A DNA stretch of 64,000 nucleotides, from positions 32,001-96,000 of the forward strand of contig CAWCFT010000002.1 of NCBI GenBank assembly GCA_963794945.1. Reading direction: 5' to 3'. Under the pieces are notes generated by a model that saw only the letters and a list, made by a program, of their open reading frames with translations, was not told the DNA's origin and did not search any database. Below, in pieces: positions 52,645 through 62,062 of this stretch. The translations under genes were made by a program, and so were the position numbers. Positions within the stretch are counted from its first letter, which is position 1. Each line of letters opens with the position of its first letter. The stretch is from Endomicrobiales bacterium (GTDB taxonomy: Bacteria > Elusimicrobiota > Endomicrobiia > Endomicrobiales > CAWCFT01).

Positions 52645-52671
52645 GAACCGTTAAAAATTGTTATTCTGAAT

Positions 52672-52842
52672 TATACTGTCAAATTGGACGACATGTCACG
52701 ACGTAACAGTATGCAATAGATTTATTATAATGAACCGCCCCTCACCTCCCGCCACTAAACCATCGGCGGGCAGGCTTTTCCTCTCCCTCGAGGGGAGAGG
52801 ATGAAAGGTGAGGGTGATAAATGGCTAATTTTGACAGCTATA
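52672..52842. repeat. Nested palindromic repeat (ccctcacc...cctctccc/gggagagg...ggtgaggg type)
   Basis: Outer IR 'ctgtcaaatt/aattttgacag'; the inner hairpin family is the same as at 41.3 and 42.6 kb and contains a small 'cccgcc..ggcgggcagg' hairpin. Confidence 0.65.
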
Positions 52843-52920
52843 ATATTCTTACAATAATATTTCACCCGAGATTTTGCAACAGGAATCGGATTCTTTGAAT
52901 AATGCCGGTTTTGTCCTGTT

Positions 52921-52998
52921 TGTAGCTGCGAAGCTTGCTTCGCCCGTTTGGCTTTGTGGTTTTACAGCAACATCAGCAGAGCAAGCTCTGCGGCTACA
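52921..52998. repeat. GTAG-type REP doublet (REPIN-like)
   Basis: GTAGCTGCGAAGCTTGCTTCGC (52922-43) and inverted GTAGCCGCAGAGCTTGCTCTGC (52997-76). Confidence 0.7.
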
Positions 52999-53044
52999 AC
53001 AGCTTTTATGTCTATTGTAAAATCTGGGTTTTAAGGAGGCACAA

Positions 53045-53239
53045 ATGCCTATTGTACATGTTGAATTGTGGAAAGGAAGGACCAAAGAAGTGAAACAGAA
53101 GATCGCGGAAGATATAACCGGTTCTCTTGTTAAGAACGCGGGATGCCCGGAGGAGTCCGTTATAGTAGTTTTCAACGAAACGCCCGCGGAAGACTGGATG
53201 ATTTCCGGCAAAATGTGCACGGCGCCGGTAAAGAAATAG
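53045..53239 (+). CDS. 4-oxalocrotonate tautomerase family protein
   Basis: N-terminal Pro 'MPIVHVEL..GRT.E.K', 64 aa, AAGGAGG RBS. Confidence 0.92.
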   Translation: MPIVHVELWKGRTKEVKQKIAEDITGSLVKNAGCPEESVIVVFNETPAEDWMISGKMCTAPVKK

Positions 53240-53297
53240 AACTTGCCGCTGAGATATTCCGCTATAGATGGCGTGTAGAAATTATCAGGAGCTAAAA

Positions 53298-53870
53298 ATG
53301 GACAAGTTATCGATCGATAAACTGAGGACAGCCCTGGTTGTTATTGACCTTCAAAAAGGTGTTGTTGAGCGCAAAACTGTTCCTTACTCTACAAAGGTCG
53401 TTGTAAACAATGCTTCAAGGCTTGCCGAGACTTTCAGGATCAGCAATATGCCGGTATTCTTAGTGCGTGTAAATTTCTCCCCTGACGGCAGGAACCGGCT
53501 GAACCTGATCACGGACGCGGCAATGCCGGTACAAACCCCTCCGCAGGAGTGGTCGGAAATCGTCCCCGAGCTTGGGCCCAAGAAAAACGATATCGTGATA
53601 ACAAAGCACCAGTGGGGCGCTTTCTACGGCACTGACCTTGAACTCGAGCTCAGGAGGCGCGGGATAACTACCATAGTCCTGTGCGGCATACACGCTAACG
53701 CCGGCGTTGAGAGCACGGCCAGGTTCGCCTATGAATACGGGTATAACCAGATATTCGCGGAAGATGCGATATCTGCGATGTCTGAAGAGGAATATACTTT
53801 CCCAATAACCAAAATATTCCCGCGCATGGGGCTTGTGAGAAAGACCGAAGCAATACTGGCTGCCTTGTAA
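53298..53870 (+). CDS. Isochorismatase/cysteine-hydrolase family protein (YecD-like)
   Basis: 'TALVVIDLQKG', 'ITKHQWGAFYGTDL', 'GVESTAR'. Confidence 0.9.
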   Translation: MDKLSIDKLRTALVVIDLQKGVVERKTVPYSTKVVVNNASRLAETFRISNMPVFLVRVNFSPDGRNRLNLITDAAMPVQTPPQEWSEIVPELGPKKNDIVITKHQWGAFYGTDLELELRRRGITTIVLCGIHANAGVESTARFAYEYGYNQIFAEDAISAMSEEEYTFPITKIFPRMGLVRKTEAILAAL

Positions 53871-53979
53871 CACAAGCTTGCCATAACAATAATGCTTAAT
53901 TATTCATTTATAAACTGCAACTTTATAATCACGTTAAGTGTCTAAAGGTCTGAACGTAAACACAATTTGCTGCAATAAC

Positions 53980-54044
53980 TTTACAAACCTGTATATAAGA
54001 TGTAAAATAGATGCACTAAAACCACGGGCATACTCGTGGTTTTA
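53980..54044 (+). promoter_or_regulatory. sigma70-like promoter followed by a hairpin
   Basis: TTTACA(53980-85)-N17-TAAAAT(54003-08); inverted repeat TAAAACCACG..CGTGGTTTTA at 54017-54044. Confidence 0.45.
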
Positions 54045-54089
54045 AATCAATATATAACAAACAGCCAGAGGATAAGTTAAGAGGAATAA

Positions 54090-55529
54090 ATGAGAAATGC
54101 AAAGTATTATGTATTTATATTCATAGCTCTGTCAACAATTCTTATAGCGCGGTCAATGGCGCTTGCCAAATGGAGTATTTTTGATATCGGCAAGGCCAAT
54201 TATACGCTGTACGGCATGGCCATGGGCGCCGCCAGGAATGACGGGATCAACAGGATATATGCTACATCCACGGACACAAATATTTATGAATACACATACA
54301 CCGGCAACACCTGGACACATGATTATATCGGGCAAGCCTGGGGAATAATGAACAGCCTCGCTATAGGCAACGGCAGAAATGACGGAATAAACAGGATATA
54401 CGTGGCGGCCGTGAACTCACATATGTATGAATTAACTTATTCAACATCTGTGGCAGGGTCATGGGGCCTGGTTGATTTAGGCTCCGGGTTAGGCCTGCTA
54501 AATGGCGCTCCCATGAACGGAATGAATGGAGTTGCTTTAGGCAACGGAAGAAATGACGGCATAATAAGGGTCTATGGCGCCTGCGACGACGCCCACATGT
54601 ACGAATTTACATATACGGCAGGTGCATGGTACAAAGTTGACATGGGCTCAGCGACCGCGGCTTCAGGTATGACAAAAGTAACGCTGGCTGCCGGCAGGAA
54701 CGATGGAATGATCAGAGTGTACGCGTCGAACGATGATACCCATATGTACGAATTTACATATTCTGGCGGAGCCTGGACCAGCCTTGATATGGGTAGCGAC
54801 GCGTCCCAGATGAGGGGTATAGCCTCGGGCAACGGAAGGAACGACGTTCCTAGTTATGTAAGGATCTATGGCGCTAACGCCGATGGGCGCATGTTCGAAA
54901 ATTCGTATTCGAACGTTAACAGCTCATGGACATTTTCTTGTATGGATAACAGCACACTTTCAAACGCGAATAGCTGGATGGAAGCCGTTATATTAGAAAA
55001 TGGCGAGAACGATGGCGTTTTGAGACTATATGGCGCGGACCACGATACGCATCTGTATGAGTTTACCTATAATACCAGTGTCAGTACGTTCACCAAAGTG
55101 GATATGGGTATGAGCGGCTCCTATATGAACTCTATCACATCCGGGTTCGGCAGAAACGACGGCATAGTGCGCATCTACGCGACAAACGCTAATGACCATA
55201 TTTATGAGTATACGTTCAGCACCAGCACGCTGATCTCAGAAAACCAGAGCAATAACGCGATCGTCAACGCTGTTGTTTACCCGACATTCGCTAATCTTTC
55301 AAAAGGCGATAAGATAAATTTCGCTAACTTCACTCCGGGCGCGAAACTGGTAATTTTCACGCTTGCCGGGCATGTAATCAAATCTATTCAGGCGGATGCG
55401 AATGGCCTCATTCCCTCATGGGACGGCACTATAGACAACGGCGGCAAGGCGGCATCTGGCACATATATAATCCACTCTTCAGACAATGTCGGCAGCTATA
55501 AAACATTTAAGATAATGCTGATCAAATAA
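54090..55529 (+). CDS. Secreted 7-repeat beta-propeller protein with C-terminal sorting-like (T9SS-A/FlgD-Ig-like) domain
   Basis: Seven 'GxGRNDGxxRxY...HMYEFTY...W...DMG' repeats; C-terminal 'VYP...IFTLAGHVIK...WDG...AASGTYI...KIMLIK'. Confidence 0.8.
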   Translation: MRNAKYYVFIFIALSTILIARSMALAKWSIFDIGKANYTLYGMAMGAARNDGINRIYATSTDTNIYEYTYTGNTWTHDYIGQAWGIMNSLAIGNGRNDGINRIYVAAVNSHMYELTYSTSVAGSWGLVDLGSGLGLLNGAPMNGMNGVALGNGRNDGIIRVYGACDDAHMYEFTYTAGAWYKVDMGSATAASGMTKVTLAAGRNDGMIRVYASNDDTHMYEFTYSGGAWTSLDMGSDASQMRGIASGNGRNDVPSYVRIYGANADGRMFENSYSNVNSSWTFSCMDNSTLSNANSWMEAVILENGENDGVLRLYGADHDTHLYEFTYNTSVSTFTKVDMGMSGSYMNSITSGFGRNDGIVRIYATNANDHIYEYTFSTSTLISENQSNNAIVNAVVYPTFANLSKGDKINFANFTPGAKLVIFTLAGHVIKSIQADANGLIPSWDGTIDNGGKAASGTYIIHSSDNVGSYKTFKIMLIK

Positions 55530-55550
55530 AATACCGCACGGGAGATTTGC

Positions 55551-56517
55551 TTGGAATTTAACTATAAATTAGACAAAAATATTCCGCTTCTATTAAAATT
55601 CATATTGATACTAATGCTGGTAGTTGTGACCAATGCGCGTGCCGACATGCCTACTTCTCAGTTCCTGCTAGTCGGACAGGGCGCGCGCGCGGAAGCGATG
55701 GGCGAGGCCGTAGTCGCTGATTGTTACGACCAGAACGGCAACTTTCTGGAACCCGGCAGGGATGTCATTCGCCCACAATCCCGAGATAGGGTTAAACAGC
55801 GTGCCGCTGGTTGGCAACATAATGGTCAACAACCTCAGCCTCATATACCCGGGAAAGAAGTTCAGTTTTGGTTTGAGAGTGATAACGATGTCCAGCGCGA
55901 TGGACAATGTCGATTCAAACGGGGTAATACAGGCGCAGGGCCTGAGCGAAAACGACAACAATACCGATATTTTCGTGTCTTACAAACTGCTCGATTATTT
56001 TTCCATCGGAATAGGCGCAGGGTCTACATCGATGCAATTCGTGACCCCGGGCATGACGTACAGCGCATCGACCACAAACGAGAATTTAGGCGTAGTCTAT
56101 AACAAGAATTTCCTGTCCCTTGCCGCTTCCATCGACAACGTTGGAGATAATGTAAAATTGACCAGCGACAGCCCGGGCGAACCCCAGCCTGAAGTTATCA
56201 GGGTCGGCGCCGCCTATAAAACCCTGGACGCGAACAATCTTACCCTTGCGGCGGCAATAGAAGACTCCGTATTCGATAAGACCGCGAGCGGGTTCAGGTT
56301 CGGTTCAGAGTACGCGTTCAGCCAGTATTTCGCCGTGCGCGGCGGGTTAATAGTTGAAAACAGCGGCGACACGAAACCCACTGTGGGGTTTGGCGCATAT
56401 TACGCCGGTTTCGGCCTGGATTTTTCCACAACCCTGTCACCTTCAAGCATGAGCGATATTAATATTTTCAGGTTCGGCCTTTCATATAAATTCACTGTAA
56501 GTGAACCTGAACAATAA
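55551..56517 (+). CDS. PorV/PorQ-like outer-membrane beta-barrel, frameshift near 55740
   Basis: 'FLLVGQGARAEAMGEA.VA', 'FWNPAG' in the shifted frame, 'RVGAAY', 'FG.EY...AVRGG', 'RFGLSYKF'. Confidence 0.8.
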
Positions 56518-56633
56518 TAACGCGCCGTGCGTATCCAACCCTTCCTGAATTATTTCATCTGAATTGATTTCTCTTTAAAAAAATTATACCTTATATCCAT
56601 ACTTTTGATAACTGCATCAAAATGGAGTCAGCC

Positions 56634-57497
56634 ATGCGCGGTATATTGTTATCGTTCGTATTCCTGATATTTGGGACTGCATCATCCCTATTGGCAGAAC
56701 CCCTTGTTCTTGAACAGGCGGGGAATGTATTGAAGCAGGGGACTCTTGAGGCAGGAATGGCAGACCTCGCCTACCAGATAGGGTCATCAAACGTCACGGA
56801 TGTTTCAGGCAATGTCACCAACAAAATAACCAATACCGCTTTTATCTTCCCGTTATACGCTCGTTATGCCTTCAGTCCCGTAATAGAAGCCTCGTTAGAG
56901 GCCCCGTATTCATCGGTAAGCCTGAAGGAAGAGCCGGCTGGAGGCATGTCACAGATCTTTTCTGATTCAGGGCTCGGCGACCCCACCCTCACAGGCAAAT
57001 ATAGTTTTGTGCTCAAGGGCTGGGACCTTGCAGCCGCGGCCGCGTTCAGGATCCCCGAAGGGAAACAAAGCTCAACCCTTCCTTCGAGCTTCCGCCAGGG
57101 TTTCAACGTTAAACCACTTGTAGCCGCTCGTAAGGTTTATGGATTTACAACTTTAAACTTAAATGTTTCTTATGACCTGGCGGGCGCTTACACTGATGAG
57201 AACAACGTAAGGCAGGAACCCGCGGACGTTCTCAGCGGGGGGATAGGCGCAGAAATTGATTCGCCGGATGTCGACCTTATAGCCGAGTTCATCTATAACA
57301 GTATTTCAAGGTCGTCAACTACCGGTATAAATGCGACTAACAACCCGGGCAGCCAGATGGACTTCGTGTTCGGCTGGCGGCACATTATCGGCAACATCAA
57401 AACAAAATTCGGAGTTGACATCGCGCTTGGCGACCAAATATACCGCACTTATGATTACAGGGTTCTGATAGGGATAACTTATCTTTGGAAGATATAA
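56634..57497 (+). CDS. Outer-membrane beta-barrel protein
   Basis: Signal peptide, 'SGLGDPTLTGKY', 'RIPEG', C-terminal aromatic strand. Confidence 0.7.
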   Translation: MRGILLSFVFLIFGTASSLLAEPLVLEQAGNVLKQGTLEAGMADLAYQIGSSNVTDVSGNVTNKITNTAFIFPLYARYAFSPVIEASLEAPYSSVSLKEEPAGGMSQIFSDSGLGDPTLTGKYSFVLKGWDLAAAAAFRIPEGKQSSTLPSSFRQGFNVKPLVAARKVYGFTTLNLNVSYDLAGAYTDENNVRQEPADVLSGGIGAEIDSPDVDLIAEFIYNSISRSSTTGINATNNPGSQMDFVFGWRHIIGNIKTKFGVDIALGDQIYRTYDYRVLIGITYLWKI

Positions 57498-57515
57498 CCA
57501 GTTAAAACTTCAGCA

Positions 57516-57767
57516 TCACTTATGCTGAAGGGCCGGGTCATCAAATAACGTTTTCTTGAACATCGACGATGAGTTTTGGTCTTTTTGTGATTTTTTCTGC
57601 CGTTGTTTCTTAGCGGATGATTTGTTTTTTCCGGAGTGTTTTTTTGAAGGTTCTGTTGTGGAAGCGGCTGAACCATCATCTGACTTCTTTTTCTTCGCTT
57701 CAACTACAGGCGCTGCTGCGAACGCCAAACAAAAGAAAACTGCAAAAATTGCTGCCAACCTCTTCAT
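57516..57767 (-). CDS. Small secreted Lys/Ser-rich protein
   Basis: ATG at 57767 with GAGGAGG RBS; signal peptide ending VEA; very basic mature part. Confidence 0.7.
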   Translation of the reverse strand: MKRLAAIFAVFFCLAFAAAPVVEAKKKKSDDGSAASTTEPSKKHSGKNKSSAKKQRQKKSQKDQNSSSMFKKTLFDDPALQHK

Positions 57768-57798
57768 GATCTCCTCCTCATAAATACATATTTCAATA

Positions 57799-59316
57799 CT
57801 ACTTAAAATATTTTTCGAAGAAAAAGCCATTAGGGGAATACGGCAGCCAAGAAGGTATGTTGTAATACTTTTCTTTGATATCCTTAAGCACTACGCCGCG
57901 GTAATTCTGGTAATTGAATTTGTAACCCTGCACAAAATAGAACTGAGCGCCGTCGATCATCACCCTTTCGACCTCCATATTCTGAAAAAAAGTAGAATAT
58001 TCGTTAACCTGCGGCTCTGAGCTTCTTACTATAAGTATGTCCTTGCCGTCTATTAGCCTGAAATCGGTCAGAATATCGTCCTGCCTGCCGTGTTGAGAGC
58101 CTCCTCCGAAAACAATAAAATATTCTCCCAGATGGTAAGTGAGCAGCGCCGATTCCGCGTAGCTTGGCGTGGCAAGCACGTACTTGCCCTCGTATTTCTC
58201 GATATATTTGTGCACCTGCTCCGGTTTGGTACCAATTATTATAGTGCCGTAATCCTTGCTCCTGGCAAACCACTTAACCGGCACCGAAAGCACTGCGCCG
58301 ATTATGAACAGGTGGATTATCGTAAACACAGCCGTATATTTCACGGTTTTAACCAGTTCCTCGTCTGTAAAAATAAAGAACAACAGTATGTACATAAAAG
58401 AATAAAAACCCAGTACCCAGTGCAGGCCTATGACCTTTTTTATAGACAGAACCGCGAAAAGAGCGAGCGACGCGGCAAAAACAAATGCGAACACGGCGAA
58501 CCCGGTGCCGAACATGCGGTTCTTTATGGAAGGAAGGCGAACGGACAGTTCCTTATACCTGCGGTAAATGAAATACACTACAGCCGGCGTCATAAGATAA
58601 ACCTGGCTTACAACAAACAGCAATACTTTCAGAATCGAGAAACTCTCGCGCTTGTTACGGTTGAAAACATTGAACATTATGTTGGTCCAGCAGTGCGTGT
58701 AGTTCCAGCCAATATTAAACGCGGCGAAGGGGATAACAGAGGCGAACAGCAGTATGAACCCTTTAGTCCGCTTACTGTCTCTTGGCAGTGAAAAGAAATA
58801 GACAACGTAGGCGAGGCCCAGAAAAACAGCGAAATATTTTGAGAGAAACGCCAAGCCCAGGGCCATGCCGCTAGAAATATAAAAAAGATAACTTTCGGTT
58901 TTTAACGCGTAATAGAGGAAGAATGCGGAAGCGAACGAGAAAAAAATCAACGGTGTATCTGTCGTTATGATAACGTTGAGTACGTTCAGGGGAGAGACCA
59001 GCAGGAAAACCGAAACGAGAGCCGCTTTTGCCTCGTCTAACGGTTTAAGTAAAAAATAGATCCCAAGAGCGATAAGTACGGTAGACAATATCGCGGGCAG
59101 CCTTATTAGAACGACCGAATGGCCAATAAAAGAGAGCAGGTACAATATCCAGCCAACCATTGGGGGGTGGTCGTAATAACCCATATCCACAAAACGGCCC
59201 CAAAGAGTAAAGTAAGCCTCATCGCTGGTTAAAGGAATCGCCACCGCCAGCATGACCTTTACTACAAGAGTTACCAGTACTGCCGGCCAGAGAAGTCTTG
59301 ATATCTTGTTTTCCAT
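57799..59316 (-). CDS. ArnT/PMT-like GT-C glycosyltransferase
   Basis: 'DEAYF..W....GYYDHPPMVGW', 'TTDTPL', 'LSKY'; many TMs. Confidence 0.88.
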   Translation of the reverse strand: MENKISRLLWPAVLVTLVVKVMLAVAIPLTSDEAYFTLWGRFVDMGYYDHPPMVGWILYLLSFIGHSVVLIRLPAILSTVLIALGIYFLLKPLDEAKAALVSVFLLVSPLNVLNVIITTDTPLIFFSFASAFFLYYALKTESYLFYISSGMALGLAFLSKYFAVFLGLAYVVYFFSLPRDSKRTKGFILLFASVIPFAAFNIGWNYTHCWTNIMFNVFNRNKRESFSILKVLLFVVSQVYLMTPAVVYFIYRRYKELSVRLPSIKNRMFGTGFAVFAFVFAASLALFAVLSIKKVIGLHWVLGFYSFMYILLFFIFTDEELVKTVKYTAVFTIIHLFIIGAVLSVPVKWFARSKDYGTIIIGTKPEQVHKYIEKYEGKYVLATPSYAESALLTYHLGEYFIVFGGGSQHGRQDDILTDFRLIDGKDILIVRSSEPQVNEYSTFFQNMEVERVMIDGAQFYFVQGYKFNYQNYRGVVLKDIKEKYYNIPSWLPYSPNGFFFEKYFK

Positions 59317-59393
59317 TAACAAAGCTCCATAATTTTCAAAATTCTTGTTTAGATTATAGTAAAAATTTACATTTATTAAAAGCTCAAAATTAA

Positions 59394-59530
59394 GACTGTT
59401 GAAAAAGTCCTCAACAGTTTTGATTACGGTGATTATTAACTGCGATTACAGCGATTAAAAGCTTTAAATCACCGTAATCTCCGTTTGTTTGTCGCTGTAA
59501 TCTGAGATTTTTAGTGTTTTCAACTGTCTC
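59394..59530. repeat. Intergenic palindromic element with interleaved inverted repeats
   Basis: Outer 'agactgttgaaaa/ttttcaactgtct'; inner gattacggtgatt/aatcaccgtaatc and gattacagcga/tcgctgtaatc. Confidence 0.7.
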
Positions 59531-59614
59531 ATAATTCAACAAAGAATTATTTTTGCGATACGGAAATATCCAATTGATTTTTGCCTCATGTTTTAGTAAC
59601 ATCAATGATACCTT

Positions 59615-61066
59615 ATGAAGACTAATGCTTTGTTTTTCATGTTAATATGCACTTTGGTTCTCGTACCGGCAAAGCTTATCGCTCAAGACGCAGTGGCGGA
59701 GAGCTCTGCCAGTGTAAAGGCCGCGCAACCCGCGGGCGAGGAGGAAATCCCGCCCTATCACTGAAGAGACACCTGAAACAAACCCTGAAAAAGAAAAGAT
59801 AAAGCTCCCCGAATCTGAAGCTGCGGTAACCATTGACACGCAAAAAAAACATCAAAAAATGCTGGCGCGCCAGAAGGCAAGGGAAGCCGAAGCGCTTTTT
59901 GAGCAGGCTGTAAAAAGTTACGAGCAAGGCTCACTTCCTAAAGCTCAGGACAGTTTCAACAGTTCCCTTTTAACCCTTTCATCTTCAGGCATCGACGCGG
60001 GCACTCTTTACTCCATCAGGGACGACTATAAGAATATATTCTCAAAGATCCAGAGAGCCCTAACCGACAACACCACAAGTTACGAAAGGTCCGGCAAAAA
60101 GTACACTATAAAAATGGAATTGGACAATGAGCTGGTGCAGAAATATCTCAAACTGTATTCGGAAGGCAACGCCAAGCCTATAATTAGAAAAGCCCTTGAG
60201 CATTCCGGCAGGTACCGCCGGATGATTCTGGGCATACTGAAGGAATACGACCTGCCCGAAGAGCTGGTCTACCTGCCCGTAGTCGAAAGCCTTTACAATG
60301 TGAACGACTACTCCCGCGCCGGAGCCATGGGCCTTTGGCAGATAATGCCGGAAAAAGCGAGGGACCTCAACCTTAAAGTGAACTACTGGATTGACGAGAG
60401 GAAAGACCCTGAAAAATCCACCCGAGCGGCTGCAAGGTACCTTAAAGAGCTCTACATCATGTTCGATGACTGGCACCTGGCGCTTGCCGCCTACGACCGC
60501 GGAGAGTTCGGGCTGGGAAGGGACCTCAAATTCTCGAAGGCCACCAATATCACAGAGATGAAAACCCGCAGAGCCGTTCCCGCCGAAACACAGTCGTATG
60601 TACCTCAGTTCATAGCATCGACTGTTATTGGAGACGACCCACCGCGTACGGGTTCGACCTGAAATACGATAAACCGGTCGCCTATGATAAGGTGCAGCTG
60701 GGAAAGATAGTTGACTTGAAGATTGCCGCCGAATGCGCAGGAACCAGCCTTGAGACTATAAGGGACCTAAACCCGGCCCTTAAGGCCTGGTGCACCCCGC
60801 ACGGTTATCCGGATTACGAACTCAATATACCGGCCGGGACAAAAGAGAGCTTCCTTGCCAACCTTGCGAATGTCAAGGAACTTAACCCCTCAAGCGGCTA
60901 TATTAAATACAAGATCGTCAAGGGCGATTGCCTCAGCAAGATCGCTAAGAAATTCGGCACAACGGTGAAATCTGTAAAAGAAGACAACCATATAAAGAAC
61001 CAGAACACGCTGAGGATAAACCAGGTTCTTATGATCCGCCCCGGCCGAAAGTATATGGTTAACTAG
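59615..61066 (+). CDS. Lytic transglycosylase with LysM (MltD-like); frameshifts near 59755 and 60640
   Basis: Signal peptide from ATG 59615; SLT 'LPVVES...GAMGLWQIM...DER.DP..ST.AAA.YL...LALAAY'; C-terminal LysM 'YKIVKGDCLSKIA'. Confidence 0.88.
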
Positions 61067-61080
61067 ACGAACCCCTTAGC

Positions 61081-61109
61081 TTGACAAACAGCACCCTTTG
61101 TAGTAATAT
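61081..61109 (+). promoter_or_regulatory. sigma70 promoter of the cob operon
   Basis: TTGACA(61081-86)-N17-TAATAT(61104-09). Confidence 0.7.
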
Positions 61110-61128
61110 TAATCATCTTTGAAATATG

Positions 61129-61299
61129 AATAAACCGAGGAAGTCCCGTAATGCCGAAAGAGATTTAGGCTGATCCGGGCGCTGCCCCGCAACGGTAATT
61201 CTGCAGTAATAAGCAGTAAGCTATAAGTGACAAGAAAAGACACTTAGGGCTTAATACTTAAAGCTTATAGCTGTTAGAGAGCCCGGTCGACGGTTTATT
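61129..61299 (+). promoter_or_regulatory. Cobalamin riboswitch aptamer
   Basis: Closing stem AATAAACCG/CGGTTTATT; 'GGAAGTCCCGT...ATCCGGGCGCTGCCCCGCAACGGTA' and 'GAGCCCGGTCGAC'; lies upstream of cob genes. Confidence 0.85.
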
Positions 61300-61417
61300 T
61301 TCACAAAGCTTGAAAACTGCGGTGCCCGTCATCTCTTTGCCGGGACCAATGTATTTTGAGCGTCCTTTCGCGGGAAAGGTTATACTCTCCTAAGCAAACA
61401 CCGGAGGAGAGTGTATC

Positions 61418-61451
61418 AAACCTCATTTTATCGCGAAATGGGGTTTTTTTT
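61418..61451 (+). terminator. Intrinsic terminator (riboswitch expression platform)
   Basis: AAACCTCATTT-loop-AAATGGGGTTT followed by a U-tract. Confidence 0.75.
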
Positions 61452-61576
61452 ATTTTGCGGTTCAAACTATTAGAACCGCATAATAACCCTCCGTAGCTGT
61501 GTATCAATGCGGCGAATAGCCGCGGCTATTGATAACACGTCCAGCGCAGGAGCGTAATTAATCTTTTGAGGAAGAC

Positions 61577-62062
61577 ATGATACTTATAACAGGCGGAATT
61601 AAATCGGGAAAAAGCACCCTGGCGCTGGAACTCGCACGCAAGTCGAAAAGCCCCAGAGCTTTCATCGCGACGTGCGAGGCCTTTGACTACGAGATGAAAG
61701 AAAGGATAAAACACCACCAGAAGGAAAGAGGCGGAGGCTTTATCCTGTTTGAGGAACCCACCGACATATTCAAGCCGTTAAGAAAAACGAAGGCGAACAC
61801 AGTCGTCATAGACTGTGTTACCACGTGGGTATCAAACCTTATTTATTATAAAAAGGATCTAAACAAATTTTTCAAGGACTTCCTTGAGGCGCTAAAGGGC
61901 AACGAGATAATCGTGACTAACGAAGTGGGCTGTGGAATAATCCCGGATAACAAGCTCTCAAGGGAGTACCTCAACCGAATAGGCGAGATAAACAAACTGC
62001 TGGCTCAGCGTGCCGATGAGGTGTATTTGATGGTTTCCGGCATAAAGGTGAGGATCAAATGA
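61577..62062 (+). CDS. cobU: Adenosylcobinamide kinase / cobinamide-phosphate guanylyltransferase
   Basis: 'LITGGIKSGKS', 'FIAT', 'EM..RI..H..ER', 'IDCVT.W.SN', 'VTNEVG.GIIP'. Confidence 0.93.
   Translation: MILITGGIKSGKSTLALELARKSKSPRAFIATCEAFDYEMKERIKHHQKERGGGFILFEEPTDIFKPLRKTKANTVVIDCVTTWVSNLIYYKKDLNKFFKDFLEALKGNEIIVTNEVGCGIIPDNKLSREYLNRIGEINKLLAQRADEVYLMVSGIKVRIK

Noticed and set aside
54200..55220. Regularly spaced DNA repeats (aatgacgg..., tatgaatt...) as a possible CRISPR array or DGR
   Set aside because: They are degenerate in-frame protein repeats of ~145 nt; no constant repeat-spacer pattern, cas gene or reverse transcriptase.
58090..58791. 233-aa plus-strand ORF
   Set aside because: Antisense shadow of the ArnT-like gene.
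8188..60700. Alternative genetic code or stop readthrough as the cause of split genes
   Set aside because: The splits involve frame changes rather than in-frame stops, and TAA, TAG and TGA all end intact genes.
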